Shown here: in pieces, positions 17,111 to 33,271 of the stretch
How positions within the stretch are numbered: position 1 is the first letter of the stretch
How the letters are laid out: each line of letters starts with the position of its first letter
Assembly (NCBI RefSeq): GCF_036588685.1
Contig: NC_086375.1
Span: 57,288,001-57,352,000 of the forward strand
Source: Mytilus trossulus
Lineage: Eukaryota
DNA: 64,000 bases
Reading direction: 5' to 3'
Program-made: the position numbers and the translations under genes
The notes under the pieces: generated by a model
What the model was told of the DNA's origin: nothing
Database searches by the model: none
The model's input: the letters and a program-made list of their open reading frames with translations, nothing else

Positions 17111-19205
17111 AACAATATGCAGTCTGTTATGATTACCGCCAAATATTTTATTTATTTATTTAACTGCAAAAGAATTCAACGTTTGAAATCATTCAGTCTT
17201 CAAAAGCGCACCCCCTGAATAGAACAAACCAAAGCTGATTTAATTCTTTCGTATATTTTTGATCGAATACATACAAGAAAACACGGAGTCAGATTTGATC
17301 TGGTACCTTTTATTTCTTTTACCGATTATTTTTCGAAATTTTGTCGGTCTTGGTTATTATTGGAAATTAGAGTATCTCAACGTTTGAAGAACCAGGTTAT
17401 TCTTGTGTGTTGGTTAATTCATACAAGAAGTATATTTTGCTTATACTAGCGGCGGATGCAGCCATTTTTAAAAGGGGATTCCAAACCCAGGATAAAAAGG
17501 GTGTTTGTTTCCAGCCATATGTCTTCATTCAAATGCAACGATCGTCCAAAAAAGTGTTTTCAACCCCCGGATTTCTAGCCCCCTGGATCCGCCACTGATT
17601 GTTCTATGTGTTTTATCAATCATTTAACGACGATCATTGCTGCTTTTTGTGATGTCTCATATTCAAAACTAGACAATAAAATATGTAGTCATATTTATCA
17701 TGATGGAGAAAATTGTATTGCATTATAATTATTTCAGTAAATAAAAAATTGCATGATTACCTGAAAAATTCAGCAGAAGGATATAATGCGTATCGTAGTC
17801 GTCATCGTCTTGATAGATATAGTTGTATGAGTACCAAAGATGCAACTCTCAGTCCAAGTCACAATTTATAAAAGTAAACCATTATAGGTCAAGGTACGGT
17901 CTGCAACACGGAGCCTTGACGTATGTATTATGTACAACTAGAAATAGTATATATACCACTGTACTTACCACTTACATCACGGTTGAATGTTCAGTAAATA
18001 TATGTTGTGATTCCAAATAACAAATCCGTATTGAGGAGATAATTATATCAATTATATATATCGGAAAACCCATTAAGAATCTATGGCATTTGCTATACAT
18101 AAAGTTAGTGCCCTGGTGAGAATCATCCATGCACTTATATGTTAGAACATGAACGACCGAACAGGCATATGGCATGGATACCAAATTATATGCGACTAGA
18201 TTAGTTTACAATCCCATTTATGTATGGGTCGTTGATCATACAATCTAAAAAGCAGAAACATTAAATTTTAAAGCTTGGAAATAATAGCAAGTGAATAATA
18301 GTGTTCAAGCGAGCTCTACGACAGAGTCCAAAAATAAGCATGCATAAAAATCATATGAAGCAGTATATCAAAATATGTATTTGCACACGAATAAAATGAA
18401 TGAACATTTTAAAAGTAATAATGCGGATGTAGATGTGTCAAATAAAGACCGGGCTGAAGTACGTTCACTTTTCACTATTCAAAATTCATAAATAGTGAAC
18501 TGTGTTTTTTGGCACCATTCACTATTCATGAAATAAAGTTATTATAGCTATTAATTGTTTGATAAATGTTTTTTCTCGACGTCTTTGGAATTCCTTGCTC
18601 CATATAATTGATATCCTCGAAAAGGTCAAATTGCGGAATTTTTAAATGATTCATTAAAACTATTCAAATTATTGTGGAGAAGTGTATAACAAATATATTT
18701 CGAAGTTTGATAAAATCAAAATGCAACAACATATTTTCTAGGTATTTATGTTCCTATTAGAACTCGATCATTCACAGGGTATTTATTATCTGTTCATCTC
18801 TGCTCAAAAGATGGATAAGATACACGGAAATTAAACCAGCAAGAGTTAAACCAATAAAAACAACCAAAAAAACATAATGGTCAAAACGAAACCGAAGAAA
18901 CAACTGACAGCCGTTCACAAATAATACACATAAGTCTAAAGTTTGGATAACACTATCTCTACAAAAATACCAGGAGTATTAAATTAAAGGTACACTGGAA
19001 GGTTAATCAAGATCTGTTAACAATTAAAGTAGTATAAGGTATGTCAGTTGAAAGTGAAGGTACAAGCACGGGCGTTCATTAATTTTAGGATATGCAATAT
19101 ACAAAAAGATGCCCGCAATACAAATGGGAGAATCAAACACAACTGTCGAAGAAAGCCGTTAAAATTATGACATGCACACAAAAAATAACGCGAACAGACA
19201 AACAA

Positions 19206-19650
19206 TAGATATAGGAAGATGTGGTGTGAATGCCAACTCTCCATCCAAATCACAATTTATAAAATTAAACCATTGTAGGTCAAGGTACGGTCTTCAAAAT
19301 GGAGCCTTGGCTCAAAACCTTACAGTAATCTATAAAGTACCCCAAAAATACAAGTGTAAAACCATTCAAACTAGAAAACTAACGGTCTAATCTTAATAAA
19401 AAACGAGAAACGAAAAACACATATGAACCACATATATAGACAAACGACAACTACTGAACATCAGATTCCTGACTTAGGGCAGGTGCATACACTTGCAGCG
19501 GTATTAATTGTTTTAATGATATCAAACCTTCTACTTTATCTGAAATTAAAGTGTTACATGCATCACAACACAGAAAGACACACTATGCAATGTCAATTGC
19601 AATGACTTAATTCAATTAAAAACGTAGTAAAACAAATTTACACACAATGA
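19206..19650 (+). repeat. Dispersed repeat family (tagatataggaagatgtggtgtga...)
   Basis: Fragments recur at about 17813-17920, 31820-31870 and 33070-33135. Confidence 0.6.
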
Positions 19651-19907
19651 ACAAATACATTTGATTTATAATACAATGTTAATTCAAAATTAATAATAAA
19701 AAAATAAGGGATGAAACAAGTCTAAACGAACATGTAATATTTGCATATGCCGTATAAAAAAATAGTACATAAATAATTATTTTATAGCTGATGGATAAGA
19801 AATATAGTATGGATACAATTAAGAGGAATTAAATCAGAGGACCTCAAGAGTCAGTATCATTCTCATGGATCTTTTTCATCTTAAACAATGTCCACACTTT
19901 AACATTA

Positions 19908-19996
19908 CATCTTCGCTAGCCAAGGGTTACGATCCACTCCCGCTCTCTCCCGTGAAGAGAGCGGGAGTGAATCGTAACCCTTGGCTAGCGAAGATG
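19908..19996. mobile_element. 89-bp hairpin MITE, 41-bp arms, CAT...ATG ends
   Basis: Arms match 40/41 with a 7-nt loop; flanks TAACATTA / CAACATTA are a 7/8 match (8-bp TSD). Confidence 0.8.
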
Positions 19997-21098
19997 CAAC
20001 ATTAAAGACGGGCAAATAACTCATGATCAAATATCTTTTTGGGATATCTTGTATTGTTGATCCCCTTTTCTGTTTAAAGTTTCTCTCTCTACCTTATAAA
20101 AATTTTGCCCACAACGAACATAAGGGATACACATTCTCATTCATGATCTTTAAATACAAGAGTCATCTAAATTGTCTATGTCTAGTTGAGATCAATAATT
20201 TTGCTGTCTTCAGTTTCTATTTAGTATCTATCGTTTGCAGTTTTCGAGATAATTGGTAAATCTTAAATAAAAAAAATGCGAGTATTGTCAATTAATGTCA
20301 TTGCTCTTATAAGGAGTCAGACAAATGTTTCATTTTAATGATGTTTTTTTGTAGAAGTGTATTTTAAGGCAATGACTTTAGTAATCCAATAGTTTTAAAT
20401 TGTTTGGCGCTTTTGCAGATCTTATATTGATTTCCTTGATTTGGGGTTGCTGCTCACAAGGTATTATCTCTTCTCCATTGATTACATTTTTATTGACAAA
20501 AATAATTTAAGGAAAATCTCTTTGGACAAGTTTTGTATAAGGTTTTAATAAATCAAAAATAATAATGTTTCCTTCAATTATCATCAGTTTTACAAAACAA
20601 GAGTATAGCATAAAATTAAGCATAATTATTCTGAGGAAGTTAATAGGTTTCTAATTAATTTAATTTCCGTAAAAATATCCTCATATCAAAAATATATAAA
20701 ATGATGCTGAATTATTGATTTACGATCTAAAAAATAATCATTCTTCCAAACAGTTTATGTGTGTATTCAATTATCAAACTAAACAACACTCATTACATGT
20801 ACTGAGCTGAGCCAATAATGAAATATCTATATACATGTATATTGATTAAAAATTGACAACATGTAGGTACATATCTATCTAACATACCAATAATAATCGG
20901 TTTATTTAAATCCTGTAGGAAATATTTAGTATGACGTCAATTCCTCCAACATGGTTTATGACACATAGCAATAATCGACATGGCCAAGTTTGACGATTTA
21001 AAAAATATTAATAAAAACACGGAGGTTTACATCATTGCCTTCAGATTACATTTGTGTCTTAACATTCAACACCGAAAACAAAACAAAAAACGATAAAA

Positions 21099-22918
<1,820 letters not shown>

Positions 22919-24450
22919 TGAAAAAAAATATGTTATTGTTTCACAGTTAATTTCAAACCAAAAGCAATACAGCTAATTGGTATGAGGCATGGGAAGGTTC
23001 CTCACGAACGAGCTATTATGCAGATTAAGAACGTGATTTTATCTACTTGTACGGATGTTGATATTTTTGTACAAATTACCAATATAAGCATCAAAGAAAA
23101 ATGATCAGAGAGTTCAGCACCAGTTTCAGTCAAACTATTTTGTTTACTTTTTCATTATTCAAAATGTTGTTACATTGTTTTTTTACTTTTCATTTATGTC
23201 ATGTTATAATAAAAATATTTAAAAAAACACATGATGTTGTACAGTCCCTCCGTCGCCTGTTGCTTTTAGTGTTGTTGTTAATTTACAAAAGGATAAACTA
23301 TATGGAAATTGTTCAATCCATTTAAGTTAAACGTTTATTAACTTCTTCGAACCAAGGTAATATCTATTCGACCTCATAGAAAACAGAAAGCGAATAAATC
23401 GAATCTTCGAAATTGATCGAACATATTTTTTGGGGTTATTTTTCTTTAAGTGAATTTATGAAGACATTTTTTTTCCATTTTGTACAATTGCAACACGACG
23501 GGTGCCACATTTGGAGCAGGATCTGCTTTCACTTTCGGAGCACCTGAGATCCCCAGTTTTTGGTTGGGTTTGTTTTCCTTAGTCTTTAAATTTCTATGTT
23601 GTGTCTTGTATACTATTATGTGTCTGTTTTTGTTTGTCTTTTTCCTTTTTACCTATGGCGTTGTCAGTTTATTTTCGATCTATGAGTTTAACTGCCCCTC
23701 TGGTATCTTTCGCCCTCTTTCACACTGACATTGTTGTATTCGTGCTGTATATATCAAAACATAATAGTATTGTGTCTTTAATGTTTGATGATATTCTGTA
23801 GCCAGATAGATGACTTGCATTCAAGTGATGCAAATAAAACAAATGTTTCCGGTGTATTTTTCGATGTAATTAGGACGTGTTAAAGCTTTCAAGAATATCA
23901 TAATATATGTATCCTAGCGACACAGTGCATTTATTTGAATATTATAGGTGCAATATCTTTTTTAATTTGCTTTAGTTTCAGAAAATTGTGTTAAGGGTGA
24001 AGCTGTCCAGTAGTAACCGTACAAAAACACTGTTTTAAAAGCCAAAGCTGCAGTTTTATTGTAGAAGCTGATAGCCGTTGTTTTTATACCCACTACCATG
24101 ACAACCAAAATCTTAAAGATATGTGTTGATTCGAAATACCATGTCGAACTTTCAATATTTATAACCTTTTCATATGGTACAAGCTGTTGTTGAAAGTTGG
24201 TGCGTATGACTACATATGTCTAACTTTGATAATCTTGTTTCAATGGCGTTTGCATCACATCTGTTATTATTTTTACACTGAAGGATTTTTTTATTTTTTT
24301 TTTTATCTCAAAGCAAAGTACGACACATGACAAATCAAGTAAACAGTATGCAATCTACAGTTTATCACACTATAGTTATATATCTAATACATACACATAT
24401 TAAGTAAATACAATTTCTTTATTTAGATAACACTTGTTAACTTTGTGAAG

Positions 24451-26705
24451 ATGACATTCAAAGTTGTTCTTGCTGTTTTGGTAATACTAAGTATACAATT
24501 TGTGTATAGTGTGGAACAGGATGCTTATAGTCTTCTGTTTACTGATAGCAAGGACGTGTTTCTGAATAAACCAATACATTTCCAGTATCCGTTGCAAAAA
24601 TGGCTGCGTGGCTCTCTGGTAAGATAATTTATTTCTAGAATCAAATAAGCTTCTTAATTCACGTTCCTTTCACGTGTGTTCTGTATTTGTATGTATCAAA
24701 GTTCACATTCAGGTTACAATCAACTAATGGATCATGAACTACTGTTTTTAGCTAATCATACGCAAGTTTATTGAATATTTGAATAATAATATGCAGTATA
24801 ATGCTATGTCGTTCAAAAGAATCCAAAGATAGCACCAAAGCTTCATGTTTTCATTTATATGTGTTAATAACATATTGCTTTTCTTTAATAGGATGAAAAT
24901 GTCTATTATTATCTTGTCCAACAAATTCAGGATAATGTAGGACATATACCAAAATAATATCCACAGTGACTCGCAACAAGCTTAGGAAAATTACTCTTAA
25001 TATTAAAATGTGTTTTACCATACATTTTGTTCCACTCAGTTGGTACCTATATTGCGTATTACACATTCGGATATTTTATGAACAGCTGTAGGAAATGAAG
25101 ATTCCCTATACCTTAATTTATATTATTGATTTACATCTTTTGGTTGCTGGATGGATCAATTTAAACTCATTTGAAAAATTACAACTATGATGTTTATACG
25201 AAAGAGTATAAAATAAATCTTTCTAAAATACTATGCTAATTAAAAATCATGTAGAATTATAAAAAAAATATCGACGTTGATGAACCAATATATATATTTT
25301 TTACCATTTACTCCAGGTACGAATAGGTCCAGCTATGTTTGGGATGGGTCAGAGAAATTTCACACACGCATATGATGGTTTTGGGAAAATTTATAACTGG
25401 AAATTCTATGGAAATGGATCAGCGTCTTTTTCTCAGGACTTTTTACGGTCTGAAACATACAATACTTCCAATGAAATAAAAGATATTGCCAATTTTTTGA
25501 CATTTGAAAGTGTTTCACCACCATTTCCATTGAATAGGCGTGAGATCTCTGTTTTGAATGGATTTGATAACACAAATGTTAATGTGTATAGATTATTCAA
25601 TGAAGAAAAGAAGTCATACGAATACATTGCATTAACAGATGCATGGAAGGTATACCAGTTCGAACCCACTTCTATAAATACCATTGGTGAAATTGATCCG
25701 CCAAACCCACGTGGAACATATATTGGATTTATTGATACAATGTCCTCAGCTCATCCCGTCCCAGAGTATAATTCTAGTTATCACTTTACATTTCTAACGA
25801 GTGTTAGTCTCATTCCTAAGGTCAAAAGTCGTCTATCGGTTATTAGAATGAAGTCGGCCTTTGAGCGAGAATTGGTAGCTCAGTGGGAAGTTGACAAAGC
25901 GCCTTATATGCATTCATTTTCTGTCACGCAGCGTTATGTTATACTATTCGCAGCTGCGTATTATACAAACATAGGTAAAATGCTGAAATATGCCAATGCG
26001 TATGAAGGTCTGGAATGGTTTCCGTCTGAAAAAGCCACTATTTATGTTGTTGAAATTAAAACTGGCAATATACATACTATCCAAACAGAAAATGGCTTTC
26101 CATCACATCATGTAAATGCTTACGAAGACAACAATAGAATTATTATGGACGTAACTATGTTTCAAGATCCTACTTATTCAAAAATATATGAACTTGATAC
26201 GTTGAGATCGCCTAATAAAAGACAAAACGCACAATATACACCACCAGTAATTAAACGTTATTCAATCAACTTGAATGCAACGAATGCAACAGTCACTACC
26301 TTTTCTCCTAATTCAATCTTTCCATTCATAAATAATTTTGATTTCCCGTGCATAAATGAAAAGTACAGACATCGTAGATATTGCTATATTTACGGCGTCG
26401 CTACCAAAAGAGACACCACATTATTTTCAAGTACAGCTTTAGTGAAAAAAGATGTTTGCGGAACAAACCAAGACAGTGCATTTGCTTTAGATAACCACTA
26501 TCCTGCAGATATGTGGTTCATACCTAATCCCAATTCCACCAGGGAGGACGATGGCGTTCTTCTGACTCCAGTTCTTGACGGAGAGAAAAAACAGAGTTAT
26601 TTGTTGATGCTAGATGCTAACACAATGGCTCCGATAAACAGAGGATATTTGCCGTCATTGGTTCCATTTACAATGCACGGACGATTCTTTTCAGATTTAA
26701 TTTAA
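24451..26705 (+). CDS. Carotenoid cleavage oxygenase (BCO/RPE65 family) paralogue 1, 518 aa, signal peptide (exons 24451-24618, 25317-26705)
   Basis: KWLRGSL|VRIGP, HAYDG, DNTNVN, four Fe-ligand His motifs (SAHP, YMHSF, HHVNAYE, MHGRF) and EDDGVLL; phase-0 GT-AG intron; hydrophobic N-terminus MTFKVVLAVLVILSIQFVYS. Confidence 0.92.
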
Positions 26706-28929
26706 CTGATTGTAGAGATATTTTGTTATAAAATTTAGAATTGAATAAAATTTTCAAAGTTATAAATGATACTAGTGATATGAAACAGAAATGAAAATGA
26801 AAGACAGACAACACAAGGACCAAATGAAAAACAGAGAAAAATAAACAAGCAACATTTTAGAATTAAAAAAAAAATGGTGTGATTGTCTATAAGACAAATC
26901 TCTATCCGAGATCAAACGACATAGAAGTGAACCATTATATGAAAAAAAACCTGTCCATAATAAACTGTACATAGATGCACAGAGTAAGCTTAACGAACAT
27001 CATCAATCACCAAGTGTGAAACACTAGTATGGATAGACGTTTATATTCGTCTAATGGTACACGTTTTGTTCCTCATTATGGTTATTCCTGTAAAACAGTT
27101 GTAGAGAAGTTACAATTCCTAACATATTATTCGATAGATTCGGAGACAAATTCATAAAATGCTATTGTCATTCGCGAACTGATTCAACATATAAAGCCCA
27201 CATAACTGTGTCAACATATTAATCAAGCCTTAACTATTTAGTTACAAAACATTATTTGATATTAAAGAAGGGATGTTAAGTTAATGCCAAGTTTTTATAA
27301 TCTTCTTTAGCACCTTAGTGAAGTATACATTTTATTTTTACAAGGAATCAGTAGGGGGTACCATATTTGTGTCGCAAAGGATTATCAAAATTTATTTATA
27401 TTTAAGGTCTCAGAGAATTCTATTTTTTAATATTATATCAAAGCGATTTTATTTAGTTACTATGTACAGGATATGAATAGTTCATTCATGAAGCAAGATA
27501 TGTTTTAGAGTTCATATGATTCCCTAAGTATTGGTTTTGATGTGCACCTTCTATATACATTTAAAGGGGCACTAGCTACGAGATATATAAAAAGTCTAAA
27601 ATATGAATTTTTTGGTTTAATCATTAACGAAAGTGAAATAGTGAAATAATATATCGCTTTTAGTAGCCGGTATGATTCAATTTTGTCAAAATATGCTAAA
27701 AACATCGATGATGATGGGATTTTAATATTGATACTATACTACCATTGACTCTTATTCAGATTTATATGTTTTTACGTTTTTACCTAGTATACCTGTTTGT
27801 TTTGATCTCACGTGGTTCATGATTGTTGTCAATATAATGGAATGTAATGCGACTGTTATTCAAGTGAGAGGTTTGGCTAGCTTTAAACCAGGTTTAATCC
27901 ACCATCCCAACATTAGAAAATACCGATATCAATTTCTCTTCGAGTTTTTATTATTCTACATTATCTTTCGAATATTTAAGTAGTCACGCTCATTCCCCTC
28001 GATTAATTCAGTTACACAGTTACTGAGAAATCTGGTTTTATTGCAGTTTTGTTGAACATATGATTTAGTTTTCTAAATTTGTTTGTAAGAACATTTACTT
28101 GAACACTCGTTATCTTATTAGGTGAAGGGAGATCAATTACTTCATCAACCAATCAAAACCTTGACCTATAATTTATCTTTTATCACATTCAAAATCATGT
28201 ATCACATGCATATATATCATATCAAGGTTTTATTTTGATAAATTATAAATTAACTTTGAAAAGGATTTCTTAATTCTATAAAAACAAGAAACACAACACT
28301 ATTTTTTATTCATGGGAACAGCTCTTCATACCATTAAGTTGTTTTTAGTCCATCTTTAATCGACAGAAAAAATTCTTAAATCAAATAAATCAACACCAAA
28401 CAGCATCCAACTTTTATCTTTGTTAAATGTTTTGTATTAACACATTAAAAATCACACACACATTTCAAAATTCTTTCATGTCATGTCTACCAAAATAAGT
28501 AACAAAATAACTTGAAAATAGCTACTAGTAATCTTTTAATTTGTAGGCGAATACATTATGCCCCCTCATTTCGCCTATTAACATATTATGATAGCGCTTT
28601 ACAGAATGAATATTGTACAGAGGGGGAAAAATCTGGGATACAAAGTCAAACAGAGGGAAAACATAAAAGATAAGTGGAAACAAAGGAACAACAGGAACAC
28701 TGAAGTGCATCAAAACTAACGCCATTCTACATATAAACGAAATATTTGGACATTAAACGACTGGCTTGACAAAACGAATTGGTTTATCAATGCGATGTAT
28801 CGGTTTCTCAAATCTCTGTACGACATGTTTTTGTGGTCTTTTATCTTGGAATATCAGAACAGTCGTATGATCTGTAATTGTACCGGTTACATTCTTTTGC
28901 TTATTGTTCAATTTTTACTGAGTGTGAAG

Positions 28930-29890
28930 CCTAGTAGACAGTACTGACATGAAAATACAGATATTGTGTTATTAAAATTTGTGCTTACAAAATGTTGTAA
29001 ATCAAGGAATCTATCTCCTTCATGCAAAGTTCTGTTTCATTGTCTGGTTTGGCTATCAATAGCTCATTACATTTTCAATAAGTTTTGGATCTTAAAATAT
29101 TTGGTCTAGATAATAACTCAAGTGTAATTCATTGTCGAAATGCGAATCTGGTGTAGAAAACTTGGTACTGTTATGATATTACTTTCACTTGGTAGATACC
29201 TCTACTTGGGGACTGTTAATTCACAACGGTATCATTACCTTGTAGCCAATAATGGATGCCGCCGACATGAAAATACGGATAATAAGCTGTTATGATTTTC
29301 TAATTCATTTTTATATATCTTAATCATGGAAAGAAGCTCTGATTCATTGCATGTTTTGAATATACTTTTTGCCCCCCTTTGGGTTATAAGCTCTTCATAT
29401 GTTTTATTAAGTCTTGTATTTTCAAATAGTTTGGACTAGAGCATCATTGATGAGTCGTTTGTTTTCGAATTGCGCATCTGGTGCAGGAACATTGGTATCG
29501 TTAATGTAATTACTACTACTGGGTCGATACCTCTGCTGGTGTTCTGTTGGTCCGAGAGGGTATTACCAGCGCAGTAGCGAGTACATTTGTAATTAAGTAC
29601 TGGCATGAAAAAAATAGAAAAAATAGTTTTATATTACTTTTAAAATAAAGGAATATATCGCCATCATGCATATAGTCTTTGATTCCATGTCCGGTTTTTA
29701 TGTGTTTTTTTTTAACTTATTTAAACTTTTTTTTTACGCGTTTTTGTCTTTGTTTGGTTTATAAGCTCTTCATATGTATTAAATAGCTAGTTTTGAATTT
29801 TCTAATGTTTTAGCCATGAGCATCACTATATATACTTTTATGGTCGAAATGCGCATTCGGTGCAGAACAAATAGTACCGTTAATATTATA
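28930..29890 (+). mobile_element. Degenerate tandem array (about 3 units) of family-2 retrozyme
   Basis: Decayed GAAATGCGCATCTGGTGC motifs at 29137, 29467 and 29846 (spacing 330 and 379 bp). Interior gggtcgatacctctgctggtg...gagggtattaccagc is homologous to 62260-62310. Confidence 0.7.
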
Positions 29891-30370
29891 AGCATCGCAG
29901 GAGATGCATGCACAACAGGAGATGCTTGACTTGTGGACGCAACTGGTCTCACTGTTTTGGGAATTCATGTGGTTTGAACATCGGTAAACTACTATCGCCT
30001 TAATTGTCTGCTGATTTCTAAAAACTCCCTTGAAAGTCTAACATGACTGAAAAGAAGTTTGATGTACTGTTACTGATATTCTGTTCAGCCCTTGATAAAG
30101 CACTAAAGTGAAACATTACTAATTATGAAATAAACTAATTCTTAACGACAGAGATTTCCTCGCTAGTATCCTTAGTGTCTCGAAACCCAACATCATTTAC
30201 TATAATCACATTTTATGAAGGAAGATGAGATCATCAGCAAATTCGAAATATTTTAAACAATTCCATTACAATTTCTCTAGACACGGAGAAAAACTGGCAG
30301 ATAGAATTCCATATTGAAAGTTATACTCACAACCATCTAGTCAGTAGAACATGCATTGTAGCATTCTAGA

Positions 30371-30593
30371 AAAGAGGGACGAAAGATACCAGAGGGACAG
30401 TCAAACTCATAAATCGAAAATAAACTGACAACGCCATGGCTAAAAATGAAAAGGACAAACAGACAAACAATAGTACACACGACACAACAAAGAAGAATAC
30501 ATAAAGAATAAACAACAAGAACCCTGTCAAAAACAAGGGGTGATCTCATGTGCTCCGGAAGGGTAAGCAGATCCTGCTCGACATGTGGCACCC
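30371..30593 (-). repeat. Dispersed repeat matching the 3' end of the Penelope-like element
   Basis: aaagagggacgaaagatacc...ctccggaagggtaagcagatcctgctc; related copies at 4779-4834, about 16005-16165, 23492-23720 (opposite strand), 30842-31000, 51261-51455, 63873-63909 and 37195-37320. Confidence 0.75.
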
Positions 30594-33271
30594 AGATAAT
30601 GTAGCAGATCGCACCAACAAAGATACGAATGAGAAAAAACTTATAAAGTAAGTTTCTTAAAATCAAAAAATGTTAGTACCATCAAGAAGTTTCCAGGTAA
30701 ACCAAAAGTTCAGTTTATTTCACATAATTAAAACTTAAATAGAAAATTAAACATTAAATTTTGGAAGCAATGAACGGCTTCTATAATATCATGCGTAGGC
30801 TAGCATCTATTATAACAGACTTTGACACAAGATGCTGATTTAAAAGAGGGACAAAAGATACCAGAAGGAGAGTCAAATTCATAGATAGAAAATAAACTGA
30901 CAACACCATGACTTAAAATAAAAAGACAAACAGACAGTTAATAGTACAGAAAACAAAACATAGAAAACTAAAGACTTAGCAACACGAACCCCACCAACAA
31001 AATATGATGAGGACAATATAATTACTATAAATAATAGAAGAGATTAGTATCATACGCGTTTTCAGTATTTTTGTGATTTTACTTTTTAGTGTCAAATTTA
31101 TCTTTAGCTGCAAAAATTAATGAACAGATACCACTGGCGTTGGTGGAGATATAAAACTTTTGAGTATTAAGGAATGGTTTATTAATTTTCATCAATTACA
31201 TATGATGCTAAACATTAAAATATCGTTGAGGAAACAATACAGTTTTAAATTGATTATTCAGCAAACGGAATACGGGGCGAGTGCTATAAACTATTCACGG
31301 TTTGACAGAAATTATGCAGAATATTTTGTTTAAAGGATGTATATGACATTATGTAGGAAATGAAAGAGACTGCCTGGGAAAATTAAAGGCTATCCAACAA
31401 GAACCCCAACACAAAACTTTGGTGCTAAAAATACTGCTCCAATTGTGACAACTGTCAAGTTGTCCAATGTTTGTACAAATTAGGTAAAAAAATAAAAAAG
31501 ACTCATCAGAATGATATCAGAATCGAGGTCTCAAAATTGTGGTTCTAATATTTGAAGAACAACTGTGGCGATCTTTGACACATATATTCTATAACGGTCA
31601 TTTATCTTTTCTAAGAATGAACGAAAATATAAATTAGCAAATAATTCGATATATCTTTTGTGGATAGAATGTAGTGACCCTTTTGTATTGATGTTTTTAT
31701 ATGCATCAACCTATGTCATATCTTTTTGAATATAGAAAGAGCCATTTTCTTATAGTTTTTGTCGCCTGCCAAAGAAAAGATCACGGAAAATAATTCAAGC
31801 CATTCGTTTTAAGCATTTATAGATATAGGGAGATGTGAGGTGAGTGCCAATGAGACAACTCTCCATCCAAAGCATTCATATAGTAATCGTCAAATGCGCG
31901 ACGAAGAAATATATCTATTTTTGGAGTGAAAATAAGAACAGCTAAACACTTTCTTAGTTATTCAGAATCATAACAAATTTTAAAACAAACATAAAAGACT
32001 TTCGCAAAAATATAATTAGCCCTTAAAAACGAGACACAGTTCTGAAAGATTGTCCATAGTATTACATGTGGAACATAAACAAAAGTTGTAACGAAAAAAC
32101 AAATACATCGTTCGTTGCGCTTACTCGATAATTAGATTCATACTGTTTCTTGTAGCTGATATCTTTCAGTGTCAATCACAAATAACCATGATAATCGCTG
32201 GAGTCAATCACAGAGCATTGCATGTTGATAATATATACAAAATCCTTGACAAAGATTTATCTAAAAATGCTTGCCTTGACTTTTTGAACTTTCCCCTTGA
32301 TCATATTGTATTTACCTAGTTAACGATATCATTATCTTAATTTTGTCATTGGTAGTATTTTTATTATCTCTGGTTCACTGTTCAAACGTTTTCTGATCTG
32401 ATTTAAACATGGGACTAATATATGGGGCAAAAACGAGAACAATTATTGCATAAAATCTTTTATTTCAAAATGCACTACCCGTAATTAAATTGGTGCTCTA
32501 GAATCATAGTACAACTGATGTCACTTTTGAATAACAAAATAATATCTATTTTAAAGCATGCAATAACAGAAAGTTTGCGTGCAGTGATGTTTTATTTTAC
32601 ACTATTGTGAATAAAACTGTAAATAAGGGCAGTAATGTTTCAAGCTTAGCTCTAAAATAACATGATATTTTGAATGATTACTGGTGAATATTATCTTTCG
32701 TAAAAAAATACCTTGACTCGCAAACTCGTGCAATACAAAAATATTCTCTAACTATATCCATGCAATAAAATGATTTAAAGAACTGTCATTAAGTGATTCA
32801 GATTTGATCATCACTAGACATGCTATTATTAGTGTTCTGTTAGGTAAGAATGCGACATTTGGTTGAGAATAAAGAAGTCGTGCATTTGTATATCACTACC
32901 AGTTTCCTCTGTTCAAAGAATGAAATAATAACTTGGCTGTGATAAAAGTCAAAATTTATGCAAAAAACCAACACTAACACTTATCTCAAAACAAGCTTAC
33001 TTAGGTAAAATAACTATGCAATATTAGTTTACATAATGACAAAGCATTACTTTTATATTATAAAAAAAATAAGTTGCGGTATCATTGGCAATGAGACAAC
33101 TCCTCATCATATCACGTAGAAGGTAATTATAGGGCATGTCAGTTTATGATATAGTAATGCGGTCACTATCAAAAGTAAGATACCAAATACATATAAAAGT
33201 GAATCTCCACATTATAAATTCACTTCATTCTGTTCAGTGATAGAACAGAACTGGTTAAAATACATTATTAA

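Noticed and set aside
30337-30666. 109-aa hydrophobic ORF, and similar ones at 23480 and 51238
   Set aside because: Translations of the dispersed Penelope-end repeat.
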